Of a DNA stretch of 64,000 nt, positions 1 through 13,348 are shown one piece after another. Each line of letters starts with the position of its first letter. Within the stretch, counting starts at the first letter, position 1. The notes under the pieces are model-generated. The model saw only the letters and a list, made by a program, of their open reading frames with translations, was not told the origin of the DNA and did not search any database. The position numbers and the translations under genes were made by a program. This DNA is from Convolutriloba macropyga (taxonomy: Eukaryota): positions 2,728,001 through 2,792,000 of the forward strand of contig NC_134469.1 of NCBI RefSeq assembly GCF_964194025.1, written 5' to 3'.

Positions 1-102
1 CAGCATAAGGTCTTTTAAGACAATTTTTTGATAGGTCGCTTATTACAGGTTTTTGAAAACGAATGACTAGAATATTTTTTAGCTCTTCGTTTCAAATTTT
101 TT

Positions 103-398
103 AATTGCTCTCAAAGTGTGAAGCAATTATTGTAAATGTGTATATTTTTTAGGTAAAATTACCATTTGAACGGTTTTTTTTCTATAACATTTTTTTTCGA
201 ATTTAGAAATTAAATCTGTCTCTAAAACGGAATCGATTGTAAGATAAGGTTACGCAAAGGCTTGATTGCCAAGTGGTTAATGCTTCAATGTATTGCGCCA
301 TTTGTTGGGCATCGAACCCCTCCTTTTTGGGATTATCTTGGATACAGTGCCCGCCTGTCGTTTGAGAGCAATTTGTCCGACGTTTCTCGGTTTATGTT
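103..398 (+). mobile_element. HINE/DINE-1-like non-autonomous element inside the tandem unit (also 1286-1581, 2469-2764), with a degenerate tRNA-like cassette at 259-319
   Basis: Perfect 13-bp subterminal inverted repeat AATTGCTCTCAAA (103-115) / TTTGAGAGCAATT (361-373), followed by hairpin CCGA-cgtttc-TCGG (377-390) and a T-rich end. A-box-like TGCCAAGTGG and B-box-like GCATCGAACCC inside. Confidence 0.65.
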
Positions 399-1043
399 CT
401 CTACGTGTGAAATTATGTGTGTTCTCTTCCGTGTGGAATAAGCAATATAAAAAAGAACAGTTATCATGCAGTTTGTTATGAATATTTGTCTCAACTTGAG
501 TCTGTTTCAACTTGCTTCAAGTTGAGTTGCAACTGAAGAATTTTTCGTTATCTCCGGTCGCTGTTTTTTCTTGTGAATTAATCGCCTTAATTTTTTCCAG
601 TGGTTAATTAGTTGTGCTGTAAGTCAAGGGTTACTTCCAGTATATTTTAGAGTCTTCCCTAGGCTATGTTTACTACATTTTTTGTTATGACCTGTTATCT
701 AAAGATAATTCAAATCAGCAACTTTTTGGTTACAACTTGTAACGTAAAGATCGCTGGAAGTCTAGCTTTTTTTCATTCTTTGAATTTTTTGGTTGGTGGC
801 GTCATTTGCATTTTTACTGGAGTGATTTTGTTATTCGCAGGAAAATTTTTGGTCAGATGTCACTCGCCATCAGTGATATTTTTTCTGAGCTCTTAGACAA
901 AGATGTCTGAATCGATTTAAAACAAGGTAAAAATTAGACTTTTTCACGCTCGACTTCCTGATTTTGGCATGTTCTAAGTTGCCCTTATTCAGAATTTAAG
1001 TCTGTTGCTAAAATAAAATTGAATGCAAGAGTGTGAATTATAA

Positions 1044-1124
1044 GGTCATGATAGGCGAGTGGCTAATAGCGGTCAAAAATGCCGCAGGGCGCGGGTTCGA
1101 GTTCCTCCCTAGCTGGAATTTTTT
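1044..1124 (+). ncRNA. tRNA-derived Pol III-type unit (not a functional tRNA); second copy at 2227-2307
   Basis: A box TAGGCGAGTGG (1052-1062), B box GGTTCGAGTTCC (1094-1105), T6 run (1119-1124). Acceptor and anticodon stems pair poorly. Confidence 0.55.
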
Positions 1125-3487
1125 ACAATTAGTTTTTTGGTATTAAGTCGTCGAATTGGTATTGTTATATTGCATATAAATTGCAGCATAAGGTCTTTTA
1201 AGACAATTTTTTGATAGGTCGCTTATTACAGGTTTTTGAAAACGAATGACTAGAATATTTTTTAGCTCTTCGTTTCAAATTTTTTAATTGCTCTCAAAGT
1301 GTGAAGCAATTATTGTAAATGTGTATCTTTTTTAGGTAAAATTACCATTTGAACGGTTTTTTTTCTATAACATTTTTTTTCGAATTTAGAAATTAAATCT
1401 GTCTCTAAAACGGAATCGATTGTAAGATAAGGTTACGCAAAGGCTTGATTGCCATGTGGTTAATGCTTCAATGTATTGCGCCATTTGTTGGGCATCGAAC
1501 CCCTCCTTTTTGGGATTATCTTGGATACAGTGCCCGCCTGTCGTTTGAGAGCAATTTGTCCGACGTTTCTCGGTTTATGTTCTCTACGTGTGAAATTATG
1601 TGTGTTCTCTTCCGTGTGGAATAAGCAATATAAAAAAGAACAGTTATCATGCAGTTTGTTATGAATATTTGTCTCAATTTGAGTCTGTTTCAACTTGCTT
1701 CAAGTTGAGTTGCAACTGAAGAATTTTTCATTATCTCCGGTCGCTGTTTTTTCTTGTGAATTAATCGCCTTAATTTTTTCCAGTGGTTAATTAGTTGTGC
1801 TGTAAGTCAAGGGTTACTTCCAGTATATTTTAGAGTCTTCCCTAGGCTATGTTTACTACATTTTTTGTTATGACCTGTTATCTAAAGATAATTCAAATCA
1901 GCAACTTTTTGGTTACAACTTGTAACGTAAAGATCGCTGGAAGTCTAGCTTTTTTTCATTCTTTGAATTTTTTGGTTGGTGGCGTCATTTGCATTTTTAC
2001 TGGAGTGATTTTGTTATTCGCAGGAAAATTTTTGGTCAGATGTCACTCGCCATCAGTGATATTTTTTCTGAGCTCTTAGACAAAGATGTCTGAATCGATT
2101 TAAAACAAGGTAAAAATTAGACTTTTTCACGCTCGACTTCCTGATTTTGGCATGTTCTAAGTTGCCCTTATTCAGAATTTAAGTCTGTTGCTAAAATAAA
2201 ATTGAATGCAAGAGTGTGAATTATAAGGTCATGATAGGCGAGTGGCTAATAGCGGTCAAAAATGCCGCAGGGCGCGGGTTCGAGTTCCTCCCTAGCTGGA
2301 ATTTTTTACAATTAGTTTTTTGGTATTAAGTCGTCGAATTGGTATTGTTATATTGCATATAAATTGCAGCATAAGGTCTTTTAAGACAATTTTTTGATAG
2401 GTCGCTTATTACAGGTTTTTGAAAACGAATGACTAGAATATTTTTTAGCTCTTCGTTTCAAATTTTTTAATTGCTCTCAAAGTGTGAAGCAATTATTGTA
2501 AATGTGTATCTTTTTTAGGTAAAATTACCATTTGAACGGTTTTTTTTCTATAACATTTTTTTTCGAATTTAGAAATTAAATCTGTCTCTAAAACGGAATC
2601 GATTGTAAGATAAGGTTACGCAAAGGCTTGATTGCCATGTGGTTAATGCTTCAATGTATTGCGCCATTTGTTGGGCATCGAACCCCTCCTTTTTGGGATT
2701 ATCTTGGATACAGTGCCCGCCTGTCGTTTGAGAGCAATTTGTCCGACGTTTCTCGGTTTATGTTCTCTACGTGTGAAATTATGTGTGTTCTCTTCCGTGT
2801 GGAATAAGCAATATAAAAAAGAACAGTTATCATGCAGTTTGTTATGAATATTTGTCTCAATTTGAGTCTGTTTCAACTTGCTTCAAGTTGAGTTGCAACT
2901 GAAGAATTTTTCATTATCTCCGGTCGCTGTTTTTTCTTGTGAATTAATCGCCTTAATTTTTTCCAGTGGTTAATTAGTTGTGCTGTAAGTCAAGGGTTAC
3001 TTCCAGTATATTTTAGAGTCTTCCCTAGGCTATGTTTACTACATTTTTTTGTTATGACCTGTTATCTAAAGATAATTCAAATCAGCAACTTTTTGGTTAC
3101 AACGGTAACGTAAAGATCGCTGGAAGTCTAGCTTTTTTCATTCTTTGAATTTTTTGATTGGTGGCGTCATTTGCATTCTTACTGGAGTGATTTTCTTGTT
3201 TTTCGCAGGAAAATTTTTGATCAGATGTCGCTCGCCATCAGTGATTCTTTTTCTTAGCTCTTAGACAAAGATGTCTGAATCGATTTAAAACAAGGTAAAA
3301 ATTAGTAGTAAAACCAATTTTGTCTTTAATTTTTTGTACTTGTTTTACTTGTTAATTTGAGACTTCAACTCTACCAATCTGTTAGCTAAGTTTTAAAAGG
3401 CAGTTATAACTGCACGTTTCTACAACAAAATATCGACAAATGATCGCTGAATTTTTCAACAATTAGGCAAATTGTTGTGCATTTTTT

Positions 3488-3840
3488 AATATCTCTCGAA
3501 CGATGTTTGTAGCAATTATATTAGTCTTGCTTGTGTTTGTCCTATTTTTTCGTCTTAACCAACAAATTTTTGTGACGTTTTGTCTTGAGAAATCGGTCAA
3601 ACTGCTACAGCCAGAGGGCATACAGTGCGAGCAGTTCTCCGAGAGCTTTACTAGTATGCAAGTCACCGATCTGCTCAGGATACTTAATACTTAAATTCAT
3701 GTTATGAAGAACAGTTCTTGGAGTTTTAGACCCCTTCAGAATTCTGCGGTTGAGGCTTAAATTTACGGTGTAAAGAGCAATTATAGGTGGTTTGTCCCAA
3801 AAGTTTTGACATTTGCCCCACGTGCGCACACACGCACGCA

Positions 3841-3892
<52 letters not shown>

Positions 3893-4043
3893 CAAGGACG
3901 CACGCACACGTGCGCGCACCCCCAAAAAACGTGCACACTTACTTTTGGCTTGCTTGCCGAAGCTTGAGATAGCTGTGCAACAACCGAAATGAGCCCGTTG
4001 TCAGTCGTTTGAAATCAATTCGTTGGACGTTAGAACGTTATGT
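3488..4043 (+). mobile_element. Diverged HINE-like element with an internal (CA)n microsatellite
   Basis: 5' end AATATCTCTCGAACGA followed by the family core 'tgtttgtagcaattat'; 3' end TCGTTTGAAATCAATT (4005-4020) plus a degenerate hairpin. Confidence 0.5.
3820..3919. repeat. (CA)n / (CACG)n microsatellite
   Basis: Directly visible CA run. Confidence 0.95.
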
Positions 4044-4524
4044 TGATAAAGATTATTTAACTTCTGCATAGAACGCTTGGCTGAGAGGCAAACGCAATAT
4101 TTTAAAAAAATGGGTCAAGTAAGCTGTTAGTTTTGGAGATTATGGTTTATTGTCCCTGGTGGGACGGTGGGCTCGCTTCGCCGCGATAATCGGGTTGTGG
4201 TTTCGGGATTACATCTTACAGAGGATGATAGGTGTGGCCATGGACAGCGATTTGCTTGGGCTTGCAATCACTAATACATCAAAAAATTAATAGAGTTTTT
4301 GTAATCCACCATCAATAATCCAAATATTTACTAATCTAAAACAGCGTTTCGAAAGAAGCGCAATTGATAACGAACCTGCCTACAAAGTCAACAGAGAACG
4401 TCCAACTACTTCTATGATTCCACTCACAGGTTTCTACCAGAAATTTTTCGGTCGCCCAAAATGGGCTGAAAAAATTAATCCTGTGAAAACAAAGCTCAGC
4501 TCCCACTTGTGTCATTTTTTTCAG

Positions 4525-4674
4525 CGATGGAGGATGCGCACACAGTGGAGCTGAAGCTGGGAGGGGAGGAGGGGGTGAACTACTTTGCAGTGTTCGATGG
4601 CCACGGGGGCAGACGGATAGCAGACTACGCTAGTCGGAACCTACACCTCCGACTAATTAACAACACAAATTACC
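4525..4674 (+). CDS. PP2C/PPM phosphatase (T23F11.1/ppm-2 / Ptc2-3 type), internal coding exon A
   Basis: MEDAH...YFAVFDGHGG PP2C metal-binding motifs; acceptor ttttcag, donor GTAAGT; phase 1/1. Confidence 0.95.
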
Positions 4675-6388
4675 GTAAGTTACTCACTCAACTTTGCTCT
4701 ATCGGTTTAACATAAAGTTTCATTTTTAAAAAAAACTTTACGTGCCGAAGTAATAGGCAACCTCAGTTTTAAGTTTCTACAGTCTACTTTCAATCTATTA
4801 ATAGCCGCCCTCATCTTAGTTGGCTATTATTGCGGTCCTATTTTTTTTAAAAAAATCCAAAAATTGAATTGCATTGGTGTGCTGTCTTTTTTTAAAGATC
4901 TGTTAACTTATTTCACATTTTCGAAAATTTTGAAGGCAAATTGTTGGGATTTTGATCACGCCAAAACAGGAAATTGAGCAAAAAAAAGCGAGCTAAAACG
5001 CTTTGAAGCGTGAATTTTTCTCACTCTAATTCTAAAATGAAAAAATTATAGTGTGAAAAATTCTAGAGTGCGAAAGTGGCATATGAACAATCTTTTGGTT
5101 TGCGAGAGCTAATTTTTGTTCACACACGGCGATTTGAAACTTTTTAAATGTTTTTTCGAGTTTTTCATTGGAATTTTTTGCCAATGGTCCTGCTGTTTTT
5201 TGTCGAAAAAATAGTTTTGCTTAACCTCATTTTGCCGCTTCTTCGATCTTCTGCATTATCTTTTTGACTTCTCTAGACTAGTTTCCTTCTTCAATAATTC
5301 TGATCGAAGTGATTATAAAAATCAGTTGCTTAGCAAAGCAATCTAATCTGAACGGAATCATAAAAATTGGAACCAAAAATAGAAACTGGATAAGCTCATA
5401 AAGCCCAATTTTAGATGTCCGCTCCTTAACTTTGTTCTTTTAAGTCTGAGTTACCATATTTAATGCCTATTGGTATTGATATTTGCCCCTGTAGCCTCTA
5501 ATTGACGAACAGGAGTATGTCTAACTACGAAATGAAATAAAATAGTTCGCACTTTAAAAGTGGTTTAGTAAAAAAATCTTTTCGCTTTTTTAGTCTCAAT
5601 CGGGGTTATGGGAATCAACGACGACTATTTTCCGGCAATCTGGTGGGTTTGTGTGAAAAAATCTAGCTATTGGCGAAAGAGATTAGTTAAAAATGGGAAT
5701 ATGGTACATAAATATCATTTGAGAGGCTATGTATAATTTGATAATTAAAAACCTGCAACTAAACTATTTGATCGAAAAATATTTTGACCTAAAATAAAAA
5801 ATAGAATGCGTAAAAATTAGATTACTTGCAACTGTATCCATGTTTTCTTATCTCTGATATCTGAAACAATTTTTTTAAGAGTTATATAGTTCCACGAAAT
5901 GGTAATTATTTTCTTGATTTTGTGTTTCTGATGAAAACAGTCACAAATTTTCCAAAATCTGTCTGAAACTGGATTCCAAGTTTTCTCCAATTTTTGCGGT
6001 ATTCGAAGGTTGACTTTGAGTATTTTCTATTCCATTTTTAAAAATTTGCCGCGAAAAGAAAAGAGCAGACCTAGCATTTTCTCTCAAAGAAATTTACTGT
6101 TATCATATTAGCCCTGCTGTTTTTACATCTCGAGGAGAGTTTGCATCACACAGGGTTTTTTTTACTATCCAAAGTACTTTAATTGTTTTGGGGTGCTGTC
6201 TTTTTAGGAGTCAAAGATTAGTTTGAAATTTCGCTGAAAGTGGGCTGAGTGATTTTGCGCGTTCCGAAAGAACGAGAAAATAGTGAAAAATTTCTGCCTA
6301 GCGAGTGAAAGAGCAGTTTTTCAAGCAGTTTGTTTTAGTTTACTATTGTTCTCTGCTCTCTTGGATTCAATAGGCTATAATAAAAAAA

Positions 6389-6494
6389 GATTTCAACTTG
6401 TTTCTTGATAGCCTTTCCAACTTGTTTTGATTTCAAGTTGTTTTGGTTTCAACTTGTTTTGATTTCAATTTGTTTTGATTTCAACTTGTTTTGA
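6389..6494. repeat. Minisatellite, 16-bp unit GATTTCAACTTGTTTT (about 5-6 copies)
   Basis: Directly visible tandem units. Confidence 0.85.
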
Positions 6495-9426
6495 TGGCAT
6501 TTTGATAGCATGATAGTTATTATTGCCTACTTTTCTGTTTTAGAACATATGTAGGAAATTGAGGTGAACTCCGTTAATTTTAGAAGATTTCAGTTATAAG
6601 TTATTACAGTTGTGTTTACATGAAGTAATTGTTTCTTTAGAAAAGTAAATAAAAAATTTAGAAACATAACTTTTTGTCTATTTTTCAGATTTTTTTCTGG
6701 ATGCTTGCTCACTTTGTTTTATCCATTGAACATTGTCCGGTGCTTTCTTAAGTTCTGTCAGTCTTTTTTGGTCGTGCTACTTGATATTTTTTAAGTACTG
6801 ACCGTGTTTCTAAATCTATTTGGTTTTTAGTCTCAGTTTGGACAGGTCTCATTGGCTTTATAATATGATAAAATTGAAGTTATTTTTTAATTTAAATCGC
6901 AGCTCCTCAATTTCTTGACGTTGAAACAGTTTTTTTTTTCAAAGAAATTTTTGTCAGTTTTCTTGTTGCATAATTCCTTAATTGTATGTATAAAGGCTTC
7001 CTAATGAGCGATAGCTCATAGTCATAAGATTTTAAGGTTTTGTTTTCTGTTCTAACGGCTTTGATCCCGCTTGTTCTAAAGAATGAATTGAAATTTAAAT
7101 TTCGCTTAGTTTTTCTGTGCATTCCTTTTCCTCTCTAAGCCAAAGCTGACTACTGCCGAAGCCAACTGCTACCTGGTCTTTTCTGATCAACTGCCCAACG
7201 TTAGTCGGTTGTTTTTCATTCCAAAACATGTCACTAATTCTCCTGGTTTGTGTAGTAAGAGATTTGGTGTTTTTTAAACAAACATGGCTCTTTTGAAGTT
7301 TTTAAATTTTTTCAAAAGTTTTTGTCATGTAGCTATTTTTACTGCGGTGTGATTTCTATTCCTGATATCAAACTAAGAATCTGGTAAGAGATATAAGTGT
7401 TAACATTTTTTAACAATAGCTCCTTTTTCAGCTTTGCTCTTGCTGTGAATGTTTCTCACGCCATTGCCTTCGATTTTAGATAATATCTTGATCTTTTAAA
7501 AAGGTAAAAAGGTTGCAAATGTTCGGCAGTTGTTGAAGTTTTTTCTGGATTGTTTAAATAATGGGTGAATCGAATGCAAATAGAGCCTATGAATAATAGA
7601 AAGTAGAGAAATTCTGTAAAAAGTTTTTGAAAGATAGTTGAAATTTGCCATGAATTTTTTCGCTGTGTCTTTTAATGGTTGGTTAACTTCGTTTTTTTTT
7701 TCATTTCAAATTTTATGAAAATTTGTTGGACTTTTTGTGCACCTTTCTCCAGGAAAAATTAAACAGCTCACAGAAATTTTAATACTCCCATTTGGTTTGT
7801 CTCCGAACGAAAATTAGCTGTATTTTCCTTATCTTTCTGGACAGTTAAGTATCTACTAGATTTTGGTTTCGCCGAAGCAGGACGCGAAAAACGAACTGTA
7901 AGTTTTCTTTAAAAAGAAATGCTGAAAATATTTTTCAACCAAACTTATTATAGGCTACTACATTTACAGCAAGCAGGGCAAGAGTTTATTAATAATGGAT
8001 TCAATCATTTTTGGAATTGAAAGTCCTTCGTTTTGAGGTTTCCGTGTTTATGATAAGTAGGTGGGAACGCGATAGCCGAGACAGCTAAAATTGGTAGGTT
8101 TTGTTTTTGTGATAATTTTTTATGACAACCTTGATGACATCTTCATTTCCAAATAGTTTGTAATCAGCGCCTGTTGCGATAATGGTAATTGCATAATTTA
8201 ATGCTGAAATAACACGCTAACGCCCAATTAACACTACAAAATGTGCTTTTTTGTATCAGAGAAATAAATTCTCTTCTTGCTTCGTCATTAGTCTATGAGC
8301 TTATCACACTTTTTTTTATCATAACTGTTCCTATATAAACAGTGGCGATAAAAGAGTGTGATAAACTTGTAGTCTGATGATCATTTTGAAGAAATTTATC
8401 TAGATACTTTATTTTTAATTATCTGTATGGAACAATTTATTGGACAATTTTTGACAATTTTTTTTATCTTCTTAGAAGTTTTAGGTCGAGGAGGTAAGGT
8501 ATCTTCTCGTATTTATCATTTCTTTTTCTAATGTTAAGTCATTATCAAATTCATCATTGTCAGTTGAAAATTGAGTCAGGTTGAGCTCAATGAAGCTATC
8601 ACTTTCGAATCCTGATGTAGATGTGTGGGCAGAGATTTCTTCTTCTACTGATAAACACTTTTTTCGACAAATCAGAGAACATTTCAAATAAAGCTCAAGA
8701 TAAACGGAAAAAAATAAATGTCATTGAAACGAATGCATTTTCTGGTATAGCAAATAATTTGACAGATTAAGCTCAAAGAAAAACTGCTGTGTGCCTAATC
8801 TTTCGAATTGGTTTTTCTTTCGAAATTGTACCGTTTATATTTTTTCGGAAGACGCTGACATGGAAACGAAATCCCAATTGCTGCTTGGCATAGGGGCCTA
8901 TTATATCCCCTAACCGATAAATATTTCATTTTCTCTAATTCCAGTTGAAACTCCCTGTGCTCAGCTGTGTGTAAAATGTCGATTCGTAAATTTTTCGAAC
9001 TGCTAGTTTTCTGTATTGAGAAATTGAATGTGAAAATGGTACCTTCTCAATTATCTCTATCATATCACTCTTCTACAAGCTAGGACAATTTCTGAAAGTG
9101 GAGTTATCTGCAGTTTTTAGTGGTAACAATTTCTGAAAGTGGAGTTATTGGCAGTTTTTAGTGGAAAATGGATTAAACAAAACTTGTTTGGAACTTCTTT
9201 TTTTTTTCATCGATCTTTAAGATGTATAAGTATAGAAGAAGCAATATGATATTTCTGAGGAGAAAAATCTGTGTTGCTGCATTTCTTTCCTTCATTTTTG
9301 AATAATCTCAAGTAATCGTTTGCTGAGTCAGTCCAACTTCCCAAAGAACTTGGCGTTTTCCAGGAATTGTGTAATTAATAGATTTTTAAAATTTAGCACA
9401 ATTTGATGCGGTGTTTGTGTTGATAG

Positions 9427-9628
9427 AAAAGGGAGCAGTAGAGGACAGTCTGCGGCAGTCTTTCATGCAGTTGGACAGTGAGATGATGAACAGTGAGGAT
9501 CTGATGCATGACCTGGCAGGAACCACAGCCATCGCAGTCCTCATCAAGTCAGGCAGTCTCTACTGCGCCAATGTCGGCGACTCCCGCGCGGTGCTCTCAC
9601 TGGCTGGTCACGCAGTGCCTATATCCAG
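9427..9628 (+). CDS. PP2C exon B
   Basis: AGTTA...LYCANVGDSRAVL motifs; acceptor gatag, donor GTACCT; phase 1/2 fits both neighbours. Confidence 0.95.
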
Positions 9629-10623
9629 GTACCTGGTCACCACAAAATACCCAAAATCAGAATATTAAAATGCCTAAAATTTACCCAATATCATGATAAC
9701 CAAAATTGTATCAAGTTTCATTAAAACACATGCCTGTACTTTTGTTTTTTTTTCAGTCGGGCTATTGAATACGTGCCCGAAGAGGCTAATTTCAAAAATT
9801 TTGGACTCTGTGGAAACGAATTTTCAATATTTCGTAACCAATTTTTGGGTTACAATTCTCCACGTTAAAAATTAGGGTCTCAACTCTAGTGCAAGTAAGT
9901 TTTTTATATGATAGAGAAGGCTTTCACCTTGTCACCAGTATTCACAGATGAACGTGACCCAATTCCACGATTTTGAGCATGTAATTAGCCTAAAACTTAT
10001 TGTCCGAATTTTATTTGTAATTACTTAAGATCGAAAATAAAGACTTGTGAACAGCGATTTGGGAACTTGCAAAACTGCTATTTGTCTTTTTAATCCACAA
10101 TTAGTATCGAGAGAGACTATTCTGAAATGCATCTCCAAATAGGTTATCATTCATTTGGGTCTAAGTGACACTATCTTAATAATTAGATACTGCAACCGTG
10201 GACAAATGTAACTGGTGGAAATGAGTTCTTTTATATCGCGGAGGATGGTGACAAACTATTGTCACTATTATTAACGCTAGACGGAAGAACGCATCATAAA
10301 AATGTGACATATAACCAAACCTGAGGTTAATTTGAACTTAATTTGCTTACTGCCACCAGTTTGCATGCACGCTTATAACCGAGTTCTTGAAACATACTCA
10401 TGAAAAATGTGACAAAATTGAGTAAATTTTCTCGAATTCCGACTGGCCGCGTAATGTTGAACGTAAAGGTTGGAAATCAATTATTTTGCATTGAGTATTT
10501 TTGGTGAATTGTCTTTTAATTGCAGGTAACGCTACTTTTCTTAATTTGCTTACTGTACAGAGCTACGCATATATGTAAACAGGGTTTAAGTGATCTTTCG
10601 ACATAACAAAATGCGGCATTATG

Positions 10624-10710
10624 TTTTTTTATAGCTGCGAAGCTGTAAGCTGAGCGTAGCTATATTGCGGTGCTCTTGGTTTTTTACGACTCGAAGAGGA
10701 GTATTGGTTT
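10624..10710 (+). mobile_element. Two adjacent Helentron-type 5' termini (T-run plus short inverted repeat)
   Basis: T7-ATAGCTGCG...CGTAGCTAT inverted repeat, then T-run-ACGACTC-gaagag-GAGT. The first motif recurs in the ~1025-bp satellite and the second at ~35567. Confidence 0.4.
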
Positions 10711-13348
10711 TCTTAAGGTTTTTTTTTTACCGGAAGTACTATGCGTTCAGACGATGTTTTGACCTAAAAGCGAAAGCGAGTAAAATTGCAGTGTGAACTA
10801 ATTTTTTCTGAGCGAGAGAAGTTTTTTGATCATGCGCTGCGTTTAGTGAATGACTTTTTGACATTGAAAAGTAGTTTTTTGACTGAATGGCACATATAGA
10901 TAACCGTTTTTAGCCGTTTTTTCGTCTAAGTGACCTAGTTTTTTTGCTTGTAATTTGGTTTTTTGTAGAAATAATTTTTAATCGATGCTATGTTGAAATG
11001 TAAACCCGGGAAATTGTTAGCACAGCATTTTGCATAGCCTGAAATTGCGTTTCAAATGCGAAATTGGCACATATTTTTTGATTTTTTAGTTAATTTTTGG
11101 CTTTTTTTTCTATTAATTTCTTCATTTTTGGATCTTTTAGCTGTTTTTTGTCAAAAATCAGTTAATATGGCAAATTCTCTTTGATAATTCATATACTCAA
11201 TGCCTCTTTCTACCTCGATGTAATTTTGTTTCATAAAATTGTACATTTGCTAATCCGATTTTCGTAGTTTTTTGCAATTTTTTTTCAGTTTTTTGTATTT
11301 TGCTTTTAATTACTAGAAATAGTATTTTGGGGAAGATGAGGCACTTTAATTTCGCTTCAATAAAAATTCGATCATTTTTTGGTGTTAAGTTTTAGAAAAA
11401 ACAGATAAATTTTTTTCATAAATGCAGTCTTAAATATTTTTTGACCACTTTTTGCAAAATGTTTCATTGTTTCGTATGTCTGAATTCTGCTTTTTCTTGT
11501 TTTATTTTGTTCAGCAAGCTGGATTTTTGTCTCGAATGACTCGTTGTCTTTTCTATGTCTCGAATGCTGATCAATGAAATGTACTCGTTTTTCTTGATTT
11601 TTTTTTTAAATTTGATTTTTTACTTTCAAAATTCAAGAATTGGTCTTTTTGTTACGTTGTTCCTAACATTGTGTCCATATTCTTCACATTCTCGTTTGTA
11701 TCATTCTAGTTTTGTCCTGGCACCTACTTTTGTTTTCGTTATATTGATTGTTTCAGTTGTTAAAAAATTGAATGAATTCAGCTTTTTCTTAGATCTTGGT
11801 TTCTTCGGTTTGCAATTGATTTAATTCAAAAAAAGGCAGTACTGGGAGTTTGCTAGAAAGTCTTTTCCAACATTTCGACTTATTACTATTCATTGCATTT
11901 TTATTCCGGGCTGGGTATTGTTTTTAGACGATTGTTTGCCTTTGAATATTATTCTGTTGCTTTTGTTTTTCTATGATTAATTTAATTTTTGAATTAGTAT
12001 GAAATCTTGTTGTCTAGCAAATATACAACAAGGAAGAATTATGAATTATTTTTGTCTTAATTGCCGTGATTAGAAATCTAATTGTAGTGGTTCTCTGATT
12101 CTTAAGTTTGAGGACTGTTTTTTGAATAATTTTGACTTTCCTGTCTTTTTTGAAGTTTTTATCTGCCGTTTGCTTTCGCGATCTTTTTGAGATTAGAATC
12201 ATTAATTATCTGAGGGCAATTGATGGCCCTGTCAGCTTTGTCAGGCTATCAGTTTTTTGACCATTCTAAATATTTCAGACTTTTTTAACGTTACCAAACG
12301 TTTTCAATAATAAAATTTTGCTGCATTTTCTTTCTCTTGGTGACAGTGGTTTAAATTTCACCGATTTTTAGATCAGACCCGCGGAGGTTATGAGTTAATG
12401 GTTTCATACAAAAGGTAATGGCTTCAGCTTTTTGTGAAGTTTTGGTGCTTCGAGTTGCTTCCGGAATTCTTCCGGCTATGTTTTTTTGTTTCGTCGTCTG
12501 ACGCTCTTTTTTCGTTTTACATTTGTTCACACAGCAAAGCTGAAAAAGTCAAATTTTCTGAATGACTTCTTCCTCTCACTACGACATTTGCGTGCGTGAC
12601 GTCATTTCTCACTCGCTTTAGCGATAATTTTTTAGGTTATTTGCGTGATTAGATTTTGATCATACGTGACTTACCTCACTCAATAAAATGGCTTTTGCAC
12701 TTTAAAACTTAAGTTTAATTTGAATTTGTTTAAGGTCAAAGGAACTCATATGTGCTGTAAAAGTCCCTAATAAGAGGCTTCTGTGGAATGAATATTAACA
12801 ACCTTTATTGATTTATCGCTGAATGTTTTTTAGCCTAGTTTTTTGAGCGGCGTCGATTTATTTTTCAATTTAGATCTGTATCTGTTTCTATCTCTATTAT
12901 ATGGCACGCAGGTCTATTCTTTCGCAGCTATTCCGGCAATCTGCCGGCTATGTTTTTATCATAAAGGTGTTCTTTTCATTTAAAAATAGTTCAGTTTTTA
13001 TCACAACTATTTATGCGTGCTATGACCATCCAACCTCTTGCTGAACCATGCTCGAAATGTACTCTTCCCTAATATGATCACTGTGGATTGTAAAAATAAT
13101 AAGCTTTCAGACTCACGAGCTTTTTATGCGAAATCAGACGACTTCGGATATTATTATTGTTCAGCGTAGAAGATCCAATTGTTAAAAGTAATCAACTTTG
13201 AGCAAAAATTTAATGGTCTATATTTATAGCGGAAAATGATAGTGTAGCTTTTTTATAAATAGTGAAAATGCGGCCTGAACCAGTAGTTTTTCGGACAAGA
13301 AATTTCTGGTTCTTTGAAAGAGTCATGTACATAATGAACCAGATTTTT

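Larger units (their letters stand above)
1..3305. repeat. Tandem array of a 1183-bp unit (about 2.8 copies visible, probably continuing upstream)
   Basis: Near-identical sequence and ORFs recur at +1183 (277/1460/2643; 293/1476/2659). Periodicity breaks after 'aaacaaggtaaaaattag' at ~3305, and the last ~250 bp are more diverged. Confidence 0.97.

Noticed and set aside
277-2876. Repeated 62-77 aa ORFs in the 1183-bp array
   Set aside because: No domain similarity, they overlap the mobile-element ends, and they recur only because the DNA is repeated.
4110-4124. aaaATG GGT CAA|GTAAGC looks like the MGQ start of this PP2C subfamily with a splice donor
   Set aside because: The donor is phase 0 but exon A needs phase 1, and no TLSEP/SMQGWR-coding exon exists between 4125 and 4524. 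Probably chance.
6389-6494. CRISPR-like short repeats (also 24660-24750)
   Set aside because: Head-to-tail minisatellites with no unique spacers, in a eukaryotic context with no cas genes.
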